Source: a virus (taxonomy: Duplodnaviria; Caudoviricetes). Taken from it: a stretch of DNA of 44,454 nt. A program made the position numbers and the translations under genes. The stretch is taken from IMG/VR virus record IMGVR_UViG_3300046786_000657, positions 1 through 44,454 of that record; one strand, 5' to 3'. The notes beneath the pieces were generated by a model. The model was not told where the DNA came from, ran no database searches, and saw nothing but the letters and a program-made list of their open reading frames with translations. Of the stretch, positions 33,229-42,340 are shown one piece after another (the first letter of the stretch is position 1; every line of letters begins with the position of its first letter).

Positions 33229-33917
33229 TAGTATCTACAACTAATCAACCATCAAGTATATTGACAATGTCACAGGCACTTGACTTTGCGTTCAACAAGA
33301 AGTTTATGGACTTTTATTGTTTAACAATTGCTAAAGTTGTTACTGTTAATAATCAAGATACATTAACAGTACAAAGTTTAATTAACTATAAATTAGCGGA
33401 CGATACTGGGCTTGCACCACCTAAACTATTTGATGTGCCACGGGGCATTATAATGGGTGGGGATGCTGGTATTATAATTGAGTATGCTGTTGGCGATGTA
33501 GTTTTAGTTGGTTTCATTGATAGACAGATAGATGCTTTAAAACAAACTAATCCAACTAATATAACACCCCAACTAAACAGACTACACGATGTTGCTGACG
33601 CTTTCGTTATAATGAATTGGTCTTATGGCAAATTGCCAAGTGTGTTTGTTAAAGTAACAAACTCTGGAATTGAATTAAATTCTAATGGGCAACCGTTAAA
33701 CATTAATTCTGCTGGTGGGAATGTAACAGTAAATGCCGGTAATGGTGATGTAAATGTTAATAGCAATAATGCAACAGTTACAGCAACTAACCAAGCGAAT
33801 ATTAGTAGTAATCAAGTGGTATTAGGTGGTACAACAGTAGTACCAAGTAATGCTATACTGTATGGTACTCCTGCCGCTGGTCAATCTAATTCAACTAAAG
33901 TTTTTGTAGGGGGCTAA
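33225..33917 (+). CDS. Baseplate central spike (Gp138/gpV-like)
   Basis: VGDVVLVGFIDRQID, R.HDVADA, C-terminal beta-helix repeats. Confidence 0.82.
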   Translation: MIVSTTNQPSSILTMSQALDFAFNKKFMDFYCLTIAKVVTVNNQDTLTVQSLINYKLADDTGLAPPKLFDVPRGIIMGGDAGIIIEYAVGDVVLVGFIDRQIDALKQTNPTNITPQLNRLHDVADAFVIMNWSYGKLPSVFVKVTNSGIELNSNGQPLNINSAGGNVTVNAGNGDVNVNSNNATVTATNQANISSNQVVLGGTTVVPSNAILYGTPAAGQSNSTKVFVGG

Positions 33918-33918
33918 T

Positions 33919-34311
33919 ATGGCTTATACAACTTATGCGTTAAAAGACTTCATAGATAGTGACGGTAATACCTATCAGGACATTTATTTAGATAATAATG
34001 GAAATATAGCCACAGTTAGCGATGAATATGCTATAATAGAAACAGTAAAGACAAACATAGGTTTATGGCTCGGTGAGTACATATACAACGTGGCAATAGG
34101 TGTTGATTATAACAATATTTTAGGTCAAGTTATAAACGAGCCTTTTTTATATTCCGAAATATCTAATGCTGTTAAGCGTGTATATGGTGTGCTTGGTATA
34201 TATAACATTAAATTTAAGTTTGATGCTGATAAAAGAGTGCTTAATATAACGATATATGTTAAATTGAACTCTGGTGTAGTTGAAATAAATGTAGAAAGTC
34301 CAGCATTATGA
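33919..34311 (+). CDS. Baseplate wedge/sheath initiator (gp25/W-like)
   Basis: DIYLD..GNIA, LWLGEY..GVDY..ILG. Confidence 0.75.
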   Translation: MAYTTYALKDFIDSDGNTYQDIYLDNNGNIATVSDEYAIIETVKTNIGLWLGEYIYNVAIGVDYNNILGQVINEPFLYSEISNAVKRVYGVLGIYNIKFKFDADKRVLNITIYVKLNSGVVEINVESPAL

Positions 34312-35513
34312 AGTTTTTAGTAAATGGCGTAGAATTAACAACAACTAATGATGCACTAGCGTTAGCACAGGCTATATTCACTGCTACCTTCGGTTCCAAT
34401 GTTAATTTAGACCCAACAAGTCCTAATGGACAAACAATTCAACAAATCGCTAATGCGATAACAACAGGTGATGCTAATTTAGAGTTTTTATTAAACTCAA
34501 TCAATCCTAATTTAGCACAAGGTGTTTGCCTTGATGCTATATGCTCTAATCTATATCTATACAGACAACCAGCGAGTTATTCAACAGCAACTTGTCAAGT
34601 TAGTGGATTAAATGGTACAACTATATCAGTTGGCAGTCAAATACAATCTACAAACGGTGATAAGTTTGCGTTAGTTGGTAGTCCGATAGTAATTGCTAAT
34701 GGTGTAGGCTCTGGAACATTCCAGGCATTAGTTGCTGGTAGCAATGTACCTGTTGCTTCTGGAACACTAGTTAATATCATTACAAGCATATCAGGCTGGG
34801 ATACAGTTAATAATTCGCAATCCGGAACTGTTGGTAGCGATGTTGAAAGTGATTTTAATTTTAGAAATAGATTTAATTTTGCAAAAGCAACAGCCGGAAC
34901 AGCATCATTTCTATCTACACAATCAAAATTGTTTGGCATTGTAGGTATTGGACCATTTGTTTTAATAGAGAATGATACAACAGCAGCAATAACACAATTT
35001 GGTGTTACAATTCAACCTAACACCTTATATTTAATTGTTAATAAACTTGGTACTGATAGTGTATATGGACCAGCAATAGCACAAGCGATGTTTAATGGTA
35101 AGTCAGCAGGGGGTGGAACACAAGGAACACAAACTTATAATTATCCAATACCTAATACAAATCCTGTACAAACTAGAACGATTAAATGGGATATACCAAC
35201 AGCCGTTAGTTTTGTTATTAAGATTATATTTCAAAATCCAAAAGCAGATCCAAGTGTAACATTAACTTTTGCACAATACGTTACTAATTTATTTAATGAC
35301 AATTGGAGTTACACTGGATTAGCAGCAACCGTATTTGCAGCAACGTTTATAAACATATTAGAAAATAACGCTTTAACCGATGTAGCATCGTTGCAGTTAT
35401 CGACAGATGGTGGAACAACTTTTGTTAATTATTTTACATTAAATGCTAATCAGATTATAGTAACACCATTAACAACTGCTAACTTAAACATTTCATTTTT
35501 GAATAATGGGTAA
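34308..35513 (+). CDS. Baseplate J-like wedge protein
   Basis: PNLAQGVCLD, GSDVESDFNFRNR, IEND. Confidence 0.88.
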   Translation: MKFLVNGVELTTTNDALALAQAIFTATFGSNVNLDPTSPNGQTIQQIANAITTGDANLEFLLNSINPNLAQGVCLDAICSNLYLYRQPASYSTATCQVSGLNGTTISVGSQIQSTNGDKFALVGSPIVIANGVGSGTFQALVAGSNVPVASGTLVNIITSISGWDTVNNSQSGTVGSDVESDFNFRNRFNFAKATAGTASFLSTQSKLFGIVGIGPFVLIENDTTAAITQFGVTIQPNTLYLIVNKLGTDSVYGPAIAQAMFNGKSAGGGTQGTQTYNYPIPNTNPVQTRTIKWDIPTAVSFVIKIIFQNPKADPSVTLTFAQYVTNLFNDNWSYTGLAATVFAATFINILENNALTDVASLQLSTDGGTTFVNYFTLNANQIIVTPLTTANLNISFLNNG

Positions 35514-36127
35514 TGCAAATGCGTATCTATTTAAAATACAGTAGTAGTCCGACTTTAATTGAATACAATAGTCAATTACAGAGTGCTTTAACTGTTGTAA
35601 CTGATGCCGATGTGACTCAATTCGCTGCTGACTGGTTATCAATAGCAACGGCTACAAGTGCCGGATTAGATAATTGGGGCTTAATACTTGGACAGAATAG
35701 AACTGTTGCAGATGGTACTCAATTTTCTTATAACTTTGGATTTAACAATCCACCAATAGAGCCAACTAACTCACCACAGAATTTCAATAATGGTGTATTT
35801 GATTCTGGTACTAATTCAGGATATATAACACTTGGTGATATAGCGTATAGAGCCTTACTGCAATTACTTTATAGTAAATATGCAACTGATAACTCATTAG
35901 CATCATTAAATGCTATTATACAGAATTATGCAACACAGACTACTGCTTTATATCCTACACGGAATAAATCAAGTGCATATGTGCAAGAAGGTGTTATGAG
36001 TATTAATTACAATTTTTTAACAAGTTTTGCTTTACAAAATTATGAACTAAACTTATTTAGAACTACTAATGTGTTGGCTAAACCAAGTGGAGTAAAACTT
36101 AATTTAACCTACGAAGAGGTATTATAA
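35513..36127 (+). CDS. Baseplate wedge protein (DUF2612-like)
   Basis: GLDNWGLILGQNR, LGDIAYRALL, LAKPSGV. Confidence 0.8.
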   Translation: MQMRIYLKYSSSPTLIEYNSQLQSALTVVTDADVTQFAADWLSIATATSAGLDNWGLILGQNRTVADGTQFSYNFGFNNPPIEPTNSPQNFNNGVFDSGTNSGYITLGDIAYRALLQLLYSKYATDNSLASLNAIIQNYATQTTALYPTRNKSSAYVQEGVMSINYNFLTSFALQNYELNLFRTTNVLAKPSGVKLNLTYEEVL

Positions 36128-38592
36128 TGGCTATTAAGACAAGCAAAGACAAATTACAAGCGTTGGTTGATGAACCAGAAGTTAATTCAGTACCGTTGGT
36201 TCAGCCAACGGTATTACAACAGCCAATAGCGTATGGTCGTAGTGATAATGTTACACCAATCCCTGTGGGTTCTGCTAATCCGAATGTAGTTAGTTTGGAT
36301 CAAGGTTATCCGGTAACACAAAAAATACCTTACAATCAAGGGGGCTTTAAAACAGTTAAAGAAGAAGAAACTAATGGTTTATTTAATTATATAAGTAAAT
36401 ATACTTCTTTTCAGTCGAGTGGTGGTCAATATACTTTTGACCCTGCTATTGTTCCATTAGGTGGATATGCACAAGGGGCTATATTGTTTAATCCGACCAG
36501 CAATGCTTGGTTTAAATCGCTTGTTAATAATAATACAGATAGCACTTTTAGTGCTGCGAATTGGTTACAAATAACTGCAACACCTACACAATTAGTAGCA
36601 TTTTACCAACAAGGTAGATTAGGTGTTGTTAGTGGTAATCCATATACTGATAATAAGTATAGTACAACATTATATTTCAGTCCAGGCAAAGAAGGTAATT
36701 TAATAAGTTTATACAATACATCAACTAATAACTGGCAAACTGTAACATTTAGTGAGTTATCGCTTAATGTAAGCACATTAACTGCTGGTACTATATATGA
36801 TGTGTATGTAGGTAACAATAATACAGGTACAAGTCCTACAACGCTTACAACTTATGCTTGGACTAACAATACAACAGCACCTGCGGGTAGAGTAACCCAA
36901 GATGGTAGGATTGTATATACAAGTAACAAAAATCAATTGTTTGTAGGCTCTGTATATGTGCAAACAACTACAACTGCTGATATAACTGTAACAGGTTATG
37001 CACAACAAGGTATGGTAATGCACCCTAATAACTTCTATGCTTATCAGTATAGCAATGGTGCAGGAACTGATGCAAATATTAAATTGTATAAACGAGATAA
37101 TCAAGGTGGGTTGACTTTTATATCAGACCAAGCAAATGCACATAATAGACCTGATTGTATTATTGCGAGTGTGTTAAATACTGCAACACCTCCTGTATTA
37201 GTTAATTATTTGTATTCTTTAAATACCGATAGTTCTAGCCTGGATATATGGAGAATAAACAACGATGGTACGTTATCTTCTACTAGTAGTGATACTGGTT
37301 TAACTAATGTGACTCAAAGATTAGCATTGTTAAATACATCAACAGCACATTATCTTTATGCAACAAGTTATTCTACTTCTACAGGTCCAGGTAACATTTA
37401 TCAATATAGAATTAATAGCGATGGTAGTTTAACAGCATTAACACCAGCAACTATTTCAGTAGGTCAATTACCTGTTGGTATTAAAACAATTACACTTGGT
37501 GCAAATAGTTTTGTATATGTATGCAATAGTGGGGATAGTACAATTAATGTATGTACTGTTGCAGCAACAGGTGCATTAACTATAAGAGATACAGTTAGCA
37601 CATCTACTATTGCTGTTACTGATATACAAATTAGTCCAGATAAATCGCACGTATATGCTTGTGGTCCAACAGGTTTAATTATTTTTAGTATAGACCAGAC
37701 AACAGGTGCATTATCTAACCCTATTACTCATTCGACAGCAGGTGGTAATAGAATAATTATAAGTAATGATAATAATTATCTATATGTAGGTAATATAACA
37801 AATGCAACACTTAATCAGTTTAGTATAACATCAACAGGTGATATAGTATCATTAACACCAGTAAGTGTAACACTTGAAAACAATTTTATCAATATGGTAC
37901 AAAGTATTGATGGACAAAATGTTTATGTGTTAGACAACTCTACTAGCACAGCAACACCGCCAGTAACAACAAGTGTAATTGAAACATTCTTTAATTGGAA
38001 TGGTGGCTTATTGCAAAAAACATTTAATGCGTTTAGTAGTTGGAAAGGTCAAAGATACTTATACAATTATTATAATCAAGTTAAATTACTTATGCACGGT
38101 TATATTTATAATGGGGGCAATCCCTGGAAAACAGCAAGTACAGTACCAACAACATCTATTTTAATGTATCCACAAAATAATGATACAAGTTATGGTGGTG
38201 GTAGAATCGGACTTATAATAGACCCAACAATGCAGAACTTTGAATTAAGTGTTACAGGTGTTGTAGATAGTGATAATGCATCAGGGGAAGCAAGACGAGA
38301 ATTGTCAATAGGTTTGGATAACAATAATTCTATTTTCAATATTGGTAGAAATTCGGTAGGAGGATTAGTTTTTTTAGGTTCAACTACTGCAACAAGTAAT
38401 ACTATAAGCGGATATACAATACCTGTTGGTTTAGAAGTGCCTGTTGATATAAATAACTTTCAAAACCCATTTGGTAGCGGTGTTCCTAATAATATATATG
38501 GAGTGCATTATTTCCAAAGATTAGAGGGTAGTGATAGTAATGGTACTATTTTCTACGAAAACAACGGCTTAACAACGTTTATTTTTGCTTAA
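36127..38592 (+). CDS. Baseplate-anchored tail fibre with a beta-propeller (lactonase/YVTN-like) domain
   Basis: N-terminal GYP..NGLF..GGYAQGAIL..SL.NNN anchor; propeller blades (ISPDKSHVYA, ISNDNNYLYV, SIDGQNVYV). Confidence 0.8.
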   Translation: MAIKTSKDKLQALVDEPEVNSVPLVQPTVLQQPIAYGRSDNVTPIPVGSANPNVVSLDQGYPVTQKIPYNQGGFKTVKEEETNGLFNYISKYTSFQSSGGQYTFDPAIVPLGGYAQGAILFNPTSNAWFKSLVNNNTDSTFSAANWLQITATPTQLVAFYQQGRLGVVSGNPYTDNKYSTTLYFSPGKEGNLISLYNTSTNNWQTVTFSELSLNVSTLTAGTIYDVYVGNNNTGTSPTTLTTYAWTNNTTAPAGRVTQDGRIVYTSNKNQLFVGSVYVQTTTTADITVTGYAQQGMVMHPNNFYAYQYSNGAGTDANIKLYKRDNQGGLTFISDQANAHNRPDCIIASVLNTATPPVLVNYLYSLNTDSSSLDIWRINNDGTLSSTSSDTGLTNVTQRLALLNTSTAHYLYATSYSTSTGPGNIYQYRINSDGSLTALTPATISVGQLPVGIKTITLGANSFVYVCNSGDSTINVCTVAATGALTIRDTVSTSTIAVTDIQISPDKSHVYACGPTGLIIFSIDQTTGALSNPITHSTAGGNRIIISNDNNYLYVGNITNATLNQFSITSTGDIVSLTPVSVTLENNFINMVQSIDGQNVYVLDNSTSTATPPVTTSVIETFFNWNGGLLQKTFNAFSSWKGQRYLYNYYNQVKLLMHGYIYNGGNPWKTASTVPTTSILMYPQNNDTSYGGGRIGLIIDPTMQNFELSVTGVVDSDNASGEARRELSIGLDNNNSIFNIGRNSVGGLVFLGSTTATSNTISGYTIPVGLEVPVDINNFQNPFGSGVPNNIYGVHYFQRLEGSDSNGTIFYENNGLTTFIFA

Positions 38593-38604
38593 AAGGAGCA
38601 ATAT

Positions 38605-41600
38605 ATGGGAATATGGAATAGATTATTCGGCACATCGGCAAGCGAAGATGTAGTAACTTACGATGTGCAAGAAATACAAGAAAGGATACAAGTTGATCCA
38701 ATGTATCGGTCTGGTACAACTCAACCATCTATTTTCTTAAATGGAAACTATATCGGTAACGTTACCGTATTTAGTTTCCTTGGTGCTAACTGGACTATAT
38801 CAACCCAAGACGGCATAGTATCTATACAGACAACAGGTGGTGGAGGTGGTGGCTCATTTGTAGTTAAAAAAGATGGTAATGTTGTTGTAGCATCTACAAC
38901 TAATTTAAACTTTGTTGGTCAAGCAGTCACTGTTGTTCAAAACGCATCTAATCCAAATCAAGCCGATGTTACCATTGTTGGCAGTTATTCTACATTAACT
39001 TCACCTAATAGCACGATAGCAGTAGGGGGAACAGCTGCTAACCCAACACTTGATATAGCACAACAAGGAGCAACTGATGGTCAAGTTTTAACTTGGAATA
39101 ATACTGATGGAAAATATGAACCTAAAACATTAGGTGGTAGTTCAGTAACAATATATAATCCAGCAACTGACACATTACCAACAACAAAAGGATTATATTT
39201 AGTTTATAACCAAATTAATGGTTATAGAATAATTGGTAAAAAGATATTAGGATGTCAGTTATCACCAGATAGTGCTCCTACTACATATGATAGTGTAGTA
39301 TTTTCAGGTGATATTATATATTGTGATGGAGCATCAACACCAAATTATACGCTTATGACAAGTTTTATAAGCAATATTACAGATAGACGTGATGGAAGTG
39401 CATTTAGCATTAATTTTGCAATATCACAATCTGCCTTCAATAGTTCTACTAGTTCAGGAGTTGTATTATTCAGAAGTTTATTTGAATTTAATAATTATAT
39501 AAATTTAAGAAGAACTGCTATACTTATTAATGTTAACTTTCATTCAGATTATGTGGGTGAAACTACTACTAATACTGTTTACTTAATTCATGCTGATGCT
39601 TCGAATATACAGATACAAGGATATACTAACTATACTCCTTTAAATGCAACTACTTGTACAATATCAGGCACAATAGGAAATTTATCTATAACATATAATG
39701 TTACAACTGCTCCAAGTTCTGATTATACTGTTGGTTCTATTATATATATATATAATGAAGGTAATATTAATACTAATATTTTACAAACTAAATCTATATA
39801 TAACACAACAACTCAATTAGGCAATCATACAGGTTTTTATAGAATAACAGCAGTTACAACTACAAGCATTACTATAACTAATACTAGCAACTATTATGCT
39901 GGTATATTATCTGCAAGTGATTTTGCTGCTAATGGCGGTTGCAATATAGTTAAAGTAACAGCAATTAATACTCATATATATATGGATGCATTAAATAGTT
40001 TTTCTGTGGGATATTGGTGTGTATTTCAACGTACAGCGACTAACACAATTTTAACTATTACAAGCAGTGACATAATATTAACTGGTGTATTTGGTGCTTC
40101 ATTTGAGAGTGCAAACACTGCAACTTCTGATAGTATAGTAATAGTAAATGCTTCAAGTATCAGTGTTTATCCAATTTATAGAATAGGTGCTAATTATGAT
40201 TTTGTTATCAATGATGGTAATGTTGGTTCTTCATATCCTGCTAGTACAACATTCGTTACACAAATTATAAATAGTAATATTAATCTTACAAATGGAAGCC
40301 AATCATCGATTACAAATAACATTCCATATAATTTTGTAACTAATTCATATAGTTTAAATCTTTCAGGAACAAAATTTTACGCTAATAATTATATTACTCA
40401 ATCTACCGAAGGTTATTTATGGGAAGGTATAATTTATAATGGTATATCTTGCAATACAGGTTCAAATGTTACAATAATACCCGAATTAATTACAGAAAAT
40501 TATAAACTTACAATTATAAGTAATGCTATTTTTACATCGCCAACATTTAGTCCATTTGGCGGAAGTAGAGCAACGATATTTATGAATAATGTTTATTTGA
40601 TAAACACAAATACTTTATTCGTTGAATCGGAAGTATCAATTAATAAATTATATAAATTATATAATATTTCATCACAATCATCTAATTTGCCATCTATCTC
40701 TGCAGATGCTGGTTCAAAAGTTCTTATTAATAGTTATGGTACTAGCTCACCTAATCCAACTAATTTATTCATTGGAAAAATAACATTAGGCATAAATAGT
40801 GTAATAATAATGCCAAATGCAACTCCATCATATAATGATACAACTAGAACAGTATCATTAACAGGATTACCAACATCAACTAAAACATTTACTGTACCAG
40901 CAACATTTATTACTGCTATTGGAGGTGCGAATGCTGTGAATAGTTATCTAGTAGATACAACTCCTACAACAGGTACAGGACAAAATCTATTAATAACTGC
41001 TGTTGATACTACAAACAATATTATCACTGTTGAGCAATCTTTCTTTGCAACGAGTGGGGCTGCAACATTTACTTTCGGTATACCATATTTCGACTTATCT
41101 GATTGGATTAAAGCGGGTAATACATATGGAACAACATCAACATCATTAAATGCTTATATTGGGGGAGTAGTTGCCCCGTTATTATTAAGTACTACAATTG
41201 GTATAGGAGCAACAGGTAATAATATTATACCTCCAAGTGCTTCAGGATTTATGTTAGCTGCTAATAAAGATGGTTCTGGTACTGCGGTTCCTGTTACTAT
41301 AATTGGTGGTACATATGACCCTATTACACAGACATTGACTATAAGCGGTGGTGGTGGATACGCATCATCATTTAGCACTAATACAACTTCTGGACAAGTT
41401 CCGTTAGTAGTTAATTGCACTGACACAACAGCAAATACTTCTGGTCAAACACCGACAGGTTGGGCTTGGTCAGTAATTGGTGGTCAAGCAAGTGATTATG
41501 CTATATCATCAGCAACAGCACAAAATCCAACAGTTACATTTAATGCTTCATCAGCAGGTAATACTTATCAAATTAGATTATTAGCATCAGGTTCAGTAAC

Positions 41601-42339
41601 ATTTACACCAGCATTGGTTACAATTACACCACAAGCAGTGCCTGTAACACAAGGTGATTTCACTATTGCAACTACATTTAGTGGTTCTACGAAAGTTCTA
41701 TCCTTTGGTGATTATACAGCATCATCTGCAATATCAGCAGTGTTTGGTTTATCAAATGCTCAAACTTGTAGTGCAGTAACATCAGCAACAATTACAGCGA
41801 ATAACTCAAGCCCAGTGCCAACAATACCAGTAACTGTTGCATCAATCAATTCAGCAGGAACGGTAATTAGTGGTAATTTAGGGCAACCATCATTCCCAGT
41901 TACATATACAACAACGGTGGTAGCAGTAATGAATAATAGCGATAGTTCAACAATTAGTAGAACACACGCAGATACTGTGAGTTATTACTTACCAGCGTTT
42001 GTAATTCAAAATCAATTAACAACAGCACCAACATTTGCAACATCAAGTCCTAAATTGGCTACTGAAACCTATTCTGATGGACAGGGTGGCACATTGACTG
42101 CTGGTACTGATGTTCAGGTATTATGGGTAGCAATACCAACTGCATTACTCCCTACTACTTTACCTAAATGTTGGATATACTCCAACCCGTTCTGGGCTAG
42201 TGAATCAGTTGATGGTCAATCAACTACAACAATCGGTGGCGTAGCATTTACAGTATTACAATATAACTTATCAGGAACTGGAGGTTCTGTATTGTCAGTA
42301 CCTTTCAGAATCTCAACAACACAACCAACAGGAGTTTAA
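38605..42339 (+). CDS. Large Ser/Thr-rich virion fibre/spike protein with a PKD-like domain
   Basis: 1244 aa; Gly linkers; TSGQVPLVVNCTDTT..WAWS..QNPTVTF PKD signature. Confidence 0.75.
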   Translation: MGIWNRLFGTSASEDVVTYDVQEIQERIQVDPMYRSGTTQPSIFLNGNYIGNVTVFSFLGANWTISTQDGIVSIQTTGGGGGGSFVVKKDGNVVVASTTNLNFVGQAVTVVQNASNPNQADVTIVGSYSTLTSPNSTIAVGGTAANPTLDIAQQGATDGQVLTWNNTDGKYEPKTLGGSSVTIYNPATDTLPTTKGLYLVYNQINGYRIIGKKILGCQLSPDSAPTTYDSVVFSGDIIYCDGASTPNYTLMTSFISNITDRRDGSAFSINFAISQSAFNSSTSSGVVLFRSLFEFNNYINLRRTAILINVNFHSDYVGETTTNTVYLIHADASNIQIQGYTNYTPLNATTCTISGTIGNLSITYNVTTAPSSDYTVGSIIYIYNEGNINTNILQTKSIYNTTTQLGNHTGFYRITAVTTTSITITNTSNYYAGILSASDFAANGGCNIVKVTAINTHIYMDALNSFSVGYWCVFQRTATNTILTITSSDIILTGVFGASFESANTATSDSIVIVNASSISVYPIYRIGANYDFVINDGNVGSSYPASTTFVTQIINSNINLTNGSQSSITNNIPYNFVTNSYSLNLSGTKFYANNYITQSTEGYLWEGIIYNGISCNTGSNVTIIPELITENYKLTIISNAIFTSPTFSPFGGSRATIFMNNVYLINTNTLFVESEVSINKLYKLYNISSQSSNLPSISADAGSKVLINSYGTSSPNPTNLFIGKITLGINSVIIMPNATPSYNDTTRTVSLTGLPTSTKTFTVPATFITAIGGANAVNSYLVDTTPTTGTGQNLLITAVDTTNNIITVEQSFFATSGAATFTFGIPYFDLSDWIKAGNTYGTTSTSLNAYIGGVVAPLLLSTTIGIGATGNNIIPPSASGFMLAANKDGSGTAVPVTIIGGTYDPITQTLTISGGGGYASSFSTNTTSGQVPLVVNCTDTTANTSGQTPTGWAWSVIGGQASDYAISSATAQNPTVTFNASSAGNTYQIRLLASGSVTFTPALVTITPQAVPVTQGDFTIATTFSGSTKVLSFGDYTASSAISAVFGLSNAQTCSAVTSATITANNSSPVPTIPVTVASINSAGTVISGNLGQPSFPVTYTTTVVAVMNNSDSSTISRTHADTVSYYLPAFVIQNQLTTAPTFATSSPKLATETYSDGQGGTLTAGTDVQVLWVAIPTALLPTTLPKCWIYSNPFWASESVDGQSTTTIGGVAFTVLQYNLSGTGGSVLSVPFRISTTQPTGV

Positions 42340-42340
42340 G

